From Octopus sinensis (Eukaryota): a stretch of DNA of 64,000 nt. Location: contig NC_042997.1 in the NCBI RefSeq assembly GCF_006345805.1, positions 117,552,001 through 117,616,000 of the forward strand, written 5' to 3'. Below the pieces are notes generated by a model. That model had not been told where the DNA came from and did not search any database. It saw only the letters and a program-made list of their open reading frames with translations. The position numbers and the translations under genes were made by a program. Shown here piece after piece: positions 1 through 11,387 of the stretch; position 1 is the stretch's first letter, and every line of letters starts with the position of its first letter.

Positions 1-860
1 TCTCTTTTTGGATCGATTTCCAATCTGCTTTGTGGAAGTTCAGATTGGAGAGATTTCGGGTGCTTCCTTTAGGCTGTATGTCTCTGGTTACTTTCGGCCC
101 AAACATAGACAGCTCTATTATGTTGTGATCTGAAACTGATGTCGGTGTCACTTTCACATCATGAATGATGTCCATATTGTTCGTGAAGCAGAGATCCAGA
201 ATGTTATTCGCCCTAGTTGGCTTGAGTACAACTTGCTCCATGAATAAGGCATTGGTGAGGTTGAGCAGGGACTCCACCTGTATTTGCTTGCAATGATTCA
301 TTCCTGAGAGTATGTGACCTTCGGGTCATTTGACGTTGGGGAAGTTGAAATCACCCATAAGAAATATGGTCACGTGGTGTTCCAGATTCATGAGGATTTC
401 TTTAATTCTTGTGAGGCAATCTTCAAACTTGCCTATGTGATTTGGGGCATCCGGTGGGCAATATGTATTGCATATGACTATATTATGTTGTCTTATGTAT
501 ACAATTAAGGTGTCACATACCGAATTTGAGTATGTCATCAAGACCTGCGGTGTGAGGTCATCTCGGATGTATACAGCAACTCCACCATGGCTCCTTTCCC
601 TTCTGTCTGTTCGCAGTATGGTATAGTTTGGTATGTGTACTTCTGCGTCCTCTATATCAGGATGGAGGCGAGTTTCCACAGGTGCTATGCATAGGGCTTG
701 ATTGCATGCAGTAAGATCTCTCAGGAAAGAAATTTTGTTTCTATTTTGATGCAACAGGCCTCCAATATTTAGTAAAAGTATTGGGGTGACGGCTGTGCAG
801 GCGTTAGGGGAGGCCATCCCGTGTCTGTTGACTGTGGTGGTCTTGCATAGTGGTGGGCAG
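1..860 (-). mobile_element. CR1/L2-like LINE, 5' part of ORF2 (APE endonuclease), pseudogenised; runs off the window start
   Basis: ORF 326-817 has APE motifs (LLNIGGL, VETRL, DRRERSHGGVAVY, GDFNFP). The same frame continues past an in-frame TGA (328-326) to PTRANNILDLCF and SDHNII. Confidence 0.85.
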
Positions 861-954
861 GGTTCCTTATATATATGATTGATTGATTTTTAATTTATGA
901 TTGATCAAACGATTAAAGAGGCAACAGATTGGTTAATTGGTTAATGAATTAATT

Positions 955-1145
955 AGCTGATAATGATAATAATAATGATAATAATAATAATAATAATAAT
1001 ATAATAATAATAATGATGATGATAATTATAATAATAATAATGATGATGATAATTATAATAATAATAATGATGATGATAATTATAATAATAATAATAATAA
1101 TAATAATGATGATGATGATGATGATGATAATAATAATAATAATGA
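955..1145. repeat. (TAA)n/(TGA)n compound microsatellite in the SLC5 intron
   Basis: Visible trinucleotide runs; they produce the poly-Ile tail of the ORF track entry 949-1611. Confidence 0.95.
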
Positions 1146-1275
1146 AGCGAAATATAACTACTGCATATGATTTTATTGGTAAAATGACCCTTGCAAGATA
1201 CAAAAGTATCCGCTTCAACACACGATTGCACATCAAGAATCTTAGAAAACAAATACAAAAATACAATATATATAC

Positions 1276-1611
1276 CTCGTTTATGCTATAAAAATTCATT
1301 TTATGGAAGAATTCAGCGTACACATGGGACGATATCAGCAAACATATCATAAATCCAACAACGCTAAAGAAGTACATAATTCCGTAGACATAAGCTTCGG
1401 CTGGCATTCCAAGAACCATGATAGACGATTGGAAAGAAACCATCAAAGACAGAGCGAGAGGAAGTGCTGAGAGTTGACGGTTTCCAGTCATAAAGTCATT
1501 TGCAGTTTTATCATTCTTTTGGCGACATCCAAAGAACAAACCGATAGCGATGGAGACGAAAACAATGAAAATGAATACGAGATAGTCGGAGATACTGAAC
1601 GTAGGTACCAT
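1276..1611 (-). CDS. First coding exon of an SLC5 sodium:solute symporter (SMCT1/SLC5A8-, NIS-, SMVT-like); gene continues beyond the window start
   Basis: 112 codons MVPTFSISDYLVFIFIVFVSIAIGLFFG...DFMTGNRQLSALPLALSLMVSFQSSIMVLGMPAEAYVYG...FYSINE, matching the SSF N-terminus. Phase-0 donor GAG|GTATAT at 1276/1275, at the position equivalent to the YE|YL intron of vertebrate SLC5A5/A8. Confidence 0.9.
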
Positions 1612-1640
1612 CTGAAAAAGAGAAAAAAAAAATTGTTACA
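1612..1640 (-). other. 3' splice acceptor immediately upstream of the SLC5 ATG
   Basis: Minus strand reads TTTTTTTTTCTCTTTTTCAG|ATG. Confidence 0.75.
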
Positions 1641-1838
1641 ACCATCAATTATTTCAGTCACTTTTTTTTATAAGGCAATTGATGAACCCGGGGTTTCTGA
1701 TGGCATATGTGGTAAGGAAGTGTCTCTAAGCCGGTGTGGGACAAATATTTCAAGGGAATTGAATTTGAATTTCTAATGCTTTGTTACTATTTTATACATT
1801 CTATCCATAAATTGGTTACATATATTTGTATGTGTGTG

Positions 1839-1894
<56 letters not shown>

Positions 1895-2336
1895 ATATAT
1901 TATATATATATATATATACTACTAATATAGGATGAAGTTTTTTTACAGAAAAAAATTCCATCAAAAAATGTGGCACCATATTAAAATACCTTTAAGGTTA
2001 AAATTATAAACAACTTATAAATATTTCTATGCCAATATGCTGATAACAGATTTTTAAATCGTCAATTTCCACATATTATTTACTCGCTACAGAAAAAACA
2101 CGAAGAGCTGAAATCGAGGAAAGCCCGCCGATAGAATTTTTTTTTAAAGTTCGTTATTCCTATATTGAATCAATTTCGGATTTAATCTCATAACAGATTT
2201 TTTCCTCTTCAGTAGAAAATACGAAAGGATATAAACAAGATACTTGCATGCGCCCTTGGAAAAAAGCCGAAGCAAAAATCATGAGTACATATAAGTACCC
2301 CAGATATATCTAAAATATATATATATTATATATATA

Positions 2337-2375
<39 letters not shown>

Positions 2376-2430
2376 GCATATTATATTGGTTACATATATA
2401 TATTAACATCCCTTCTCTAGCCATCTCTTG

Positions 2431-2707
2431 CTCATAAGGGCCGGTTTCCCGGTTTCCTTGGCGTATAGGTTCCCCACCTGGACGGGACGCCGGTTCATCG
2501 CAGGTGAGCTGCAAGATGCAGAAGGGAAGAGTGAGAGAGAGTTGTGGCGAAAGAGTCAGCAGATGTTCGCCATTACGTTCTGCCGGAGCCGCCGCGTGGA
2601 GCTTAGGTGTTTCGCTCACAAATACAAACATCGCCCAGTCTGAGATTCGAACCCGCGATCCCTCGACCACGAGTCCGCTGCTCCAACCACTAGGCCATGT
2701 GCCTCCA
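2431..2707 (-). mobile_element. tRNA-derived SINE group C (tRNA-Arg-like head, V-domain-like tail)
   Basis: Head GGAGGCACATGGCCTAGTGG with B box GGTTCGAATC; similar to 13397-13714. Confidence 0.8.
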
Positions 2708-2829
2708 CTACATATGCATATATATATATACATACATATACATATATATATATATATATTATATATATATATATATATATAGTTTATATTCTTTTAAAAG
2801 ACGAAAATGGAGATTGGCAAGTTTACAAA

Positions 2830-3165
2830 TGTTTATTATTAACGACAAATTGGTCATCTTCACTTACAGCCGTTTCTATTAATACCCAATAAACACCAAA
2901 TTTACATTTATGCGACATGAGCATAATACCATCAGAGAAAAGAAGAAAGCAAAAAAAGATATACGTTTGGATGCTATATGTGTATTTGAGAATTCATTTT
3001 AGCGAAAATGAATTCACAAACACACATATAGCGTCCATACGTACATCTTTTCCCCTCTGATGATAGAATGCTCATGTCGCATAAATGTAAATTTAATATT
3101 TATTGAGTATTAATTGAAACGGCTGTAAATGAAGATGACCAATTTGCTGTTAATAATAAACAATT
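2830..3165. repeat. Imperfect inverted repeat, about 105-bp arms (about 2830-2937 and 3055-3165)
   Basis: TGCGACATGAGCAT / ATGCTCATGTCGCA and GGTCATCTTCA / TGAAGATGACC are reverse complements. Confidence 0.85.
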
Positions 3166-3667
3166 ATTAACTTTACAATGCCCATTTTCTTCTTTTAAAT
3201 GAATATAAACTATGTTTTTATATATACCTATTATTTTAAAGAAATTCATTCCCCAAAATATTTAGTATTGAAGTATTGAACCAGTATTTCCTTAGATGAA
3301 ACCATCCCTTCATGAGGTTAACGTAGCCTCTAATTATATATATATATACATATACGTCCTGTTATTTGCATTTGTATTTGTGTAACATTTCTCTGTTTTT
3401 TTCCGTACTTATTTTCTTATACATTCGCTTTCTTCCAAGGAATCTAATGCACTTGGCTTAGTTTTTCCTTGAGGCTGGCTAGGTTGGAGCAATCTCGAGT
3501 ATAACGAGCCGAAATTGCAAAGATAATCTGGAACTCGACTGAGGAAAGAAAACTTCAAATGATCCGCCCTTGTTTTCTTTGTATCGTATGTCTGGATGAT
3601 ACAAACCTAACTGTATCACCTAACTGTCTGGATTTTGCGTTCTTGTCCCATTTTTGTATTATATATA

Positions 3668-3925
<258 letters not shown>

Positions 3926-4560
3926 TGATATTCAAAAAGTAAACAAAACCGTGGATTTTGAAGACAGAGAAAAAGATAACTGGTTTGCGGAAGACCATCA
4001 GTCATGTAATGATGCTTATTGTGTGCAAACAAGCAAATCACTATACGTCCCATCAACAGAACGTAAAGAAGGAGATAGAAATGATGTTTGGAGACAGCAA
4101 AAAGGGGACACTCACTTGCAAACTGATTACGTTCAAACAGGATCTAAAAGCTGTCAGTGAAAAACTCCGACATCAGAAGAGAATAATCGAGAGAAGAACA
4201 ATAAATAAAAGATTTAGCTGCAACCAGACAGCAGTATAGAGAGACATGAGAGGAGAAGCAGTAAACATCACGGAAGTTCCTTCACAAGAAGATATAGACT
4301 CTGTCTGGAAGAAAATCTAGAGTGTAGAGAAGGAATTTAATCAAGATGTTCTGTGGCTGTAAGGAATCCGAAAAAGTTATTGCTCCTGCATTACATCCAA
4401 GACATACAACATTGATGGCGAAACTCTTGCAACTGTGATCCAGAAGCTCCAGGATCGAAAAGCACCTGAAAGAGACTTGATTGTTGGATATTGGTACAAG
4501 AAGCTAACATTCTACTGACCATATCTTATCAATCTGTACCGGCAAGCTCTCCTTGAATTC
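3926..4560 (+). mobile_element. R4/Dong-like non-LTR retrotransposon fragment (pre-RT region), degenerate
   Basis: Translation KPWILKTEKKITGLRK...KLKAVSEKLRH-like...VPSQEDIDSVW...RKAPERDLIVGYWYKKL resembles R4-clade WKAPGPDGI-GYWLKKL. Confidence 0.7.
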
Positions 4561-5596
4561 CTTTTTGCCGGTAGAGTTTATAAAAAATATGAGAGAAAGA
4601 AAATAGAATTCACGAGACTCTTTATTCACTGCGATCGTTGCCATCCATCTTGCACCGGTACCTTGCAGGTGAGACACTGTTCAAACAGTTGTGGTGCATT
4701 TTAGGTGCAAATGACCTGAACTCGTGGTGCATGGTAGGTGCAGTAGGACTGAACTCGGAAGCGTGTGTTTGGGAAACAGACTTTTTAACACAGCTGTGTG
4801 TGCTTGCGTGTGTGTGCGCACGCGTGTGTGATTGAATGTATTTCAATGAGAAAAGACCGATCTGTTGATGCGACAATGAAGAATCTTCATGAGAATGGAA
4901 TGTTTGTTGCTGGCTTAAACCACGGCTATGGGATTATATTATACTGGAAGGTTAGGGGCGGGACCCCACATTCATTTATAGTTTCTGTATGTGTATATGT
5001 ATACATGTGTGCCTCTGTGTGTGTTCTGTCTCTAATCCTTTCTGTGTTTTGGGTTGTTTGGGTTTTTTTTTTCTGGTTTTTTTCCACCATTTCTTCTCTA
5101 AATTCTTGTCTTCTGTTTTTCTTTCGTTCAGATCCACTACATTGAACCCTTCTCCATGAATAAATTCATGCCAGAATCTGGAAGGAATTAACTTTGGTGG
5201 GGGGGGCGGAGGAGACAGCGGCGGTGGGAAGTGGCGAGGGAGGTGACGGCAACTGCGGTGACGGCGGTGACAGTGGCTGCGGAGGTGGGGGAGAGGATGG
5301 TGGTGGTGGTGGTGGTGGTAGTGGTTACTAAATGAAACTAGTGTCAGAGGACTGAGACACAGGGGTTTCATATGCTGCGAAAGGGGAGACGATAGATTAC
5401 ATGTGTGCGCGCGTGCATGTGTGAGTGTGTTTGTGTGTGTGTGTGTGTGCTTATGTTTGCATGTGTGTGTATGTTTATGTGTGTGTGTTTTAGTAAAGAT
5501 CTTTGACATGTTTTCTGCCATCACCAACTAGTCAAACATTGTACAGTTTTTTCGTATCTGCTTTCTTTTACTTCATTTTAAGACGGCGGGGAATAA

Positions 5597-6238
5597 GGGG
5601 ATACTTTTTGGTTATCTCACCCCCACTAAAAAATTGAGTTTATGTGGCGACAAGGGATTGGATTAAAAGGGTTAAATCCTTTTAATTCAATACTTCAACA
5701 CATTTTTGACTTTTGGCCTCTTCAAAATGTTATAAAAATGTTATTAATGGGTTGGTGCATCATTATTGCGGCTTTTTTCTTTTCAACAAAATTTATTCAA
5801 CAGAAACAATAACAATATTTAACAAAATCATCTTTAAATGACGGTCTGACCGTCTACCAAGCAAATAGGGAAGCAGTCATTGAAGTAGGTGGTGAATATG
5901 CTCCGAAATAATCGTTTAAAGATGTTTTGTTACGTGCTGTTATTGCTTTTGTTGAATAAAATTTATTGAAAAAAAGCCGCAATAATTATTGTACCAATTC
6001 AATAGACTCAATAAGATGTTTACATATATACGACGGGCTTCTTTCAGTTTCCGTCTACCAAATCAATTCACAAGGCTTTGGTCGGCCCGGGGCTATAATA
6101 GAAGACACTTGCCCAAGGTGCCACGCAGTGAGACTGAACCCGAACAATCTTTTTTACTGATAGTTATCATAAAACGGGGCGAGGGGGAGATAACCCAATT
6201 TTTTTAAAGGGAATGAGATAACCAAAAAGTACCATTAA
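5597..6238. mobile_element. Non-autonomous DNA transposon (possibly Kolobok-like) with an internal SINE fragment
   Basis: 18-bp perfect TIR TACTTTTTGGTTATCTCA (5602-5619) / 6214-6231; TTAA next to the right end, ATAA next to the left. Confidence 0.5.
6031..6147 (-). mobile_element. SINE group A fragment
   Basis: Matches the head and CORE-like part of 23913-24314. Confidence 0.8.
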
Positions 6239-6585
6239 GGTGTGAGAGAGATTCTACTACTAATTCTAACAGTTTTAGCGTCAGTAGTAGGGAGCCTCCC
6301 TTATCAATTGAACCTACAACCCCCTTAGAACAGTTTTTCTCAGCCATTTTTCACTTATGGACCCTTCTGATTCCTATTTTAATCACATCGACCCCAAAAC
6401 CACCACCACCACCACTAACCACCACCAACACCACCACTATAACCATTCAATGTTTACAAAAATTGTTTTATATTTGTATAATGAAATATTACAAGGAAAT
6501 CTCTTTCATCTCTTTTACCTGTTTCAGCCATTTGGCTGCGGCCATGTTCGAGCACCGCCTCTAGTCGAACAAATCGACCCCCAGG

Positions 6586-6918
6586 ACAAATTTGCCATCA
6601 AGATGTAGGACAAGATACTGTGATAGCCTGGGCTTCCGAGGCCCACAGCTCTTCAATATCCTCCCGAAGAACCAAAGAGACCTGCATGGGGTGGATGCAG
6701 ATGTCCTTAAAATAAAACTGGATCTCTTCTTGTCAGGTGTCCCAGATGAACCAACTTCAAGGCAGGAGGTGCAGATGAGGGCAGCTGCATCGAACTCTCT
6801 CATGCACCAAATGGCAATTGCTTAAAAGCATTCGTGAAGTAAAATCATGTAGCAACACCAAATGGCGGTGCCCCAGCATGGCCACAGCTTGTGAGCTGAA
6901 ACTAGAAGAAGAAGAAGA
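6586..6918 (+). mobile_element. 3' end of a CR1/L2-like LINE (ORF2 C-terminus, 3' UTR, (GAA)n tail)
   Basis: SLGFRGPQLFNILPKNQRDL...KLDLFLSGVPDEP...RAAASNSL, stop at 6825, short UTR ending ACTAGAAGAAGAAG. Confidence 0.8.
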
Positions 6919-7001
6919 TACATATATATATACATATACATATATATATATACATATGCATACATATACATATACATACATATACATATACATACATGTA
7001 C

Positions 7002-7048
<47 letters not shown>

Positions 7049-7073
7049 CATATATATATATATATACATACAT

Positions 7074-7124
<51 letters not shown>

Positions 7125-7252
7125 TCCTAGGCATACAACGGTGGTGTACCCCCTACTGTCACGTTCTTGTTAGATTGACAGTATACAACCATTCTATCGC
7201 CCCACCACCGTACAGGTCTATACGAGAGATTTAGAAATTCAATATTTCTTAT

Positions 7253-7348
<96 letters not shown>

Positions 7349-7429
7349 AAGGGTGAAAAGGAACACACGAGTTGAATATATGAAAAATAAGTCAAAATAG
7401 AAAATGCTAAAATAATTTTATAGTGAACA

Positions 7430-7473
7430 TTTCAGTACCGGTTTCGGTCATTTTGAGACCTTTTCAACTGTAA
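7430..7473 (-). ncRNA. Minimal type I hammerhead ribozyme fold (U3-A8 core), left pLTR copy
   Basis: Reverse-complement copy of 8508-8551. Confidence 0.7.
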
Positions 7474-8507
7474 CGATTAAATAATTAAATTTAGAAAAAT
7501 TAGAAGAAAAGTTTTTTTAAAGGAATATTTCTATAGTAGTGTTCAGATATAAGTGGCATTCTGCGGGTGTCAAGAGCAGTACATAGGCCAAACAAAAAAT
7601 AGTTTGCGTAAACGAATGGCCCTGCACAGATCCCAGATAAAAATTCCCCAAAACAGAAAAATAGCTTTTAGCCAACACATAGATACTTGCGCCAACAAAA
7701 AAACACCAAGCTTCAGGATTTTCCCCCTCTACCAATTTAGGGACGATACAACCTCGAGACAACGAATAAGTAAAGAAACTCTCTTTATTACAAAATACAG
7801 GCCACTTCTTAACGGGTCTACGACAAACAATTAATATACCTCAACTTTAGAATAAAAGAAATATATACACACGCAAATATTACATTCCAAAGAATCCATT
7901 ACTAATCAGCCCCAATCACAGCTATACTCCATAACATGCCAACTTCAAGTCATACAACACCTCACTACTTTCACCCATTCATATTCTCCCTTCTCTGTTT
8001 TTTTCTTCTTCTTCCTCTTCTTCTTCATCATCATCATTATCATCATCATCGTCGTCATCATCATCACCACCATCATCATCATCATCATCTTCTCCTTCTT
8101 CTTCTTCATCATCATCATCAACATCGTCATCTTCTTCTTCTTCTTCTTCTACTTCTCCACCTTCTACCCCTTAACTTTGTCACTAATGTTTTTTAGTATA
8201 ACACCTACGCAAATTCCATAAACAAGCCTTTCAATAGAAATATTCTCCTGAATTGAACTGCGACTGCTAGCCGCCACTGACCATTCAAAATACGACCATC
8301 AGGGCACTCCCAGATTTTCCCACCCCCTCTCTTCATCAGCCTTCTTCTTCTTGTACCCTACCAAGAACTCACAACGACCTCGAACACACAAGTGCAAACA
8401 AGGGAGTCAGAGAAAGGCAGAATGCCACTTATATCTGAACACTACTATAGAAATATTCCTTTAAAAAAACTTTTCTTCTAATTTTTCAAAATTTAATTAT
8501 TTAATCG

Positions 8508-8551
8508 TTACAGTTGAAAAGGTCTCAAAATGACCGAAACCGGTACTGAAA
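8508..8551 (+). ncRNA. Minimal type I hammerhead ribozyme fold (U3-A8 core), right pLTR copy
   Basis: CAG-TTGAAAA-GGTC(tcaaaat)GACC-GAA-ACCGGT-A-CTG; predicted cleavage after A8545 (GUA). Confidence 0.7.
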
Positions 8552-8596
8552 TGTTCACTATAAAATTATTTTAGCATTTTCTATTTTGACTTGTTT

Positions 8597-8648
<52 letters not shown>

Positions 8649-9138
8649 TATATAATATATATATATATATATGCTGTCTTCAATATGAATTCCTTTTATG
8701 GAGTTCTGAAACCTCCTTTACCCCATTTCTACAATTAAAAATCTTTATTGCTTCTAACCTTACAGCAGTTAGGATCAGCCATATCTTAGTCAGTCAGTGG
8801 AAGAACTTCACTACCACATATGTTCTTAAAATTTAAATCTATATCTTTGTCTGTATATCTACCTTCTCTATAATGTTGCTACTTGATTTGAAAGCTTTAA
8901 TATTAATGGAAAACCTCTATAATTGGCTGATGAGTACTCAGCATCTTAAATCTGTTGTAATACTTACAACATTTAATAAAATGATGTAGTACGAAACGAT
9001 CGTACCAAATTACCGGAGTCATTCTTGTTGCTTATTTTGATTATAATCAACCCACGAATTTTTATGGATAACACCATACAAAATTCTGGTGCATCTAAAT
9101 TAAGTACCATATTCATCTGAATCTAAATTTTTGCTGAA

Positions 9139-9183
<45 letters not shown>

Positions 9184-9680
9184 GCCAGTGTTGGTATGTT
9201 TACGTCCTCGTAACTTAGCAGTTCGACCAAAAATACCAGGCTTGAAAAAAAATAGTAAAATATTTCAAGGCGGTGCACCAGCATGGTCGCACTTTAATGA
9301 TTGAAACGAGTAAAAGATTAAAAGATGTATGCATGTGTGTCTGTATGTCTGTGTGTGTGCGCGCGCGCTTGTGTGCATGCTTGGATGGTGTACGTGCGCG
9401 TTTAGTTTGTGATCCCCCATTTACAGTTAATTTCTTTATGACTAACTTTATCTATATCTTGTTCTCTCCCTGTGTCTCATATATCAATTTTATCATAATG
9501 TGTTTATTTCTTTAGTATCCCCTTATCTCCTTTAATCTACGTCCTTCCATTCCAGTATCTTTCCTATTATCGCTCAGAATGCCATTTGTCTTATACATAG
9601 AAGGTGGTACTTACATTGGAATGGTTCAACTTTTAGCTTTCTTGCACTACTAAGGCTTTTTATCCTGCCTTCAGTTTAAA

Positions 9681-10234
9681 GCAACGAGCTGGCAGAAACG
9701 TTAACACGCCGGGCGAAATGCTTAGTTGCATTTCGTCTACCGCTACGTTCTGAGTTCAAATTCCGCCGACTTTGCCTTTCATCCTTTCGTGGTGTCGATT
9801 AAATAAGTACCAGTTACGCACTGGGGTCGATCTAATCGACTTAATCCGTTTGTCTGTCCTTGTTTGTCCCCTCTGTGTTTAGCCCCTTGTGGGTAGTAAA
9901 GAAATAGGTATTTCATCGGCCGCTACGTTCTGAGTTCAAATTCCGCCGAGGTCAACTTTGCCTTTCATCCTTTCGGTGCCGATTAAATAAGTACCAGTTA
10001 CGCACTGGGGTCGATCTAATCGACTTAATCCCTTTGTATGTCCTTGCTTATCCCCTCTGTGTGTAGCCCCTTGTGGGCAGTAAAGACATAAGAATCGTTT
10101 GCACACCGGGCAAAATGCTTAGCGGCGTTTCGTCCGTTTTTACGTTCTAAGTTCAAATTCCGCTGAGGTCGATTTTGCCTTTTGTCCCCTCCCCCAAAAT
10201 TGCTGGCCTTGTGCCAAAATTTGAAACCAGTATC
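9681..10234 (+). mobile_element. SINE group B multimer (tRNA-related head, Deu/Nin-like core)
   Basis: GAGCTGGCAGAAACG (A box), GAGTTCAAATTCC (B box) and GCCTTTCATCCTTTCG...AAGTACCAG core, repeated three times. Confidence 0.8.
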
Positions 10235-10773
10235 TTATCTTCAGTTTACCTAACTCTACACAGCCACAGACATGAGGTGTGTCGATTTTAGTTCAACAAC
10301 TGAAACGTCTATATTCGCTATGTGAATAAAGTCTTATTCTTTATTCGAAATTTCTCATCTTTCTGTTTAGAACTGCAGTTCTAATCCACTTTTTCCTATT
10401 TAACTCCACTGGACCTTCATAGCTATTCGATGTATACGAAAAAAAGATCCCACTGCATTTTTATAATTAAATATTATTAGAAACTGCACCGGGTGGGGTA
10501 CCAAAATCTTTTAAGTGCTTAGGGCCTCTTAGGTCTTAATCCTGCCCTGAAAAAGATGACACATATAACGTAAAGGGAGGTATTGAGTTCTTTTCTTGTT
10601 TATCCATTATTAGAACACTAATGTATCGTGACACTAAATTCGCTTATTATATATAATCGTAAATACTATACTGAGCATGTGTTTGTGATTGATACACTGT
10701 TTGTGATAACATATAAATATGCGTTAGTGCTGTAATCAAGAATAAAAAACCCAGCGCCCCCAACTACGTCATA

Positions 10774-11387
10774 GGATCTATAGCTTTTGACCGACAGGTT
10801 TAAAAAATATATTTTTGTAACGAAACACTTTCAAACTTCGGACACTGGTAGAATGTGTAATATAAAACATCTTTTACTCTTGGCGTTTTTGAGAAAAGCT
10901 TATATTTAGGAAGTTATTTCACATTTAAGTTGTAGTATTTCGATAATTTCAACCAATCAATGACGTGTATTCAGCTGAATAAAATTACTGCTGTTGTTTG
11001 TCAACAACATCTATCGGCGGTGTATATTTCGTTTGTCACCGTTATTTATGACAACCCTAACCCTAACCCTAAAACCTTAAAGCTAAAACCAGTACAAACG
11101 TACGAACGATGTCATAAATAACAGTGACAAACGAAGAATACACCGCCGATAGATGTTGACAAACAACGGCAGTAATTTTATTCAGCTGAATACACGTCAT
11201 TGATTGGTTGAAATTACCGAAATACTACAACTTAAACGTGAAATAACTTCCTAAATATAAGCTTTTCTCAAAAACGCTAAGAGTAAAAGATGTTTTATAT
11301 AACACATTCTACCAGTGTCCGAAGTTTAAAAGTGTTTCGTTACAAAAAATTATTTTTTAAAATCTGTCGGTCAAAAGGTAAAGATCT
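10774..11387. mobile_element. MITE with about 280-bp TIRs, central (CCCTAA)3 and 8-bp TSD
   Basis: 10774-11053 is the near reverse complement of 11110-11387; ACGTCATA at 10766-10773 and 11388-11395. Confidence 0.85.

Larger units (their letters stand above)
7377..8605 (+). mobile_element. 5'-truncated Penelope-like element with inverted pseudo-LTRs, between (TA)n arrays
   Basis: GIY-YIG C-terminal half at about 7562-7834 (CGCQEQYIGQTKNSLRKRMALH...KETLFITKYRPLLN); 7377-7564 is the reverse complement of 8417-8605. Confidence 0.85.

Noticed and set aside
949-1275. C-terminal half of the 220-aa ORF (poly-Ile/Leu)
   Set aside because: Read-through past the GT donor at 1275 into an intronic (ATT)n microsatellite.
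3539-3565. CTGAGGA hammerhead-like core
   Set aside because: Followed by AAG-aaaa-CTT then CAAA rather than GAAA; no convincing stem I or III in this copy.
5185-5335. G-rich tract as a G-quadruplex or CpG island
   Set aside because: Mostly degenerate (GGT/GGC)n simple repeat with no linked promoter evidence.
11055-11072. True telomere or chromosome fusion site
   Set aside because: Only three repeats, inside a TSD-flanked MITE.
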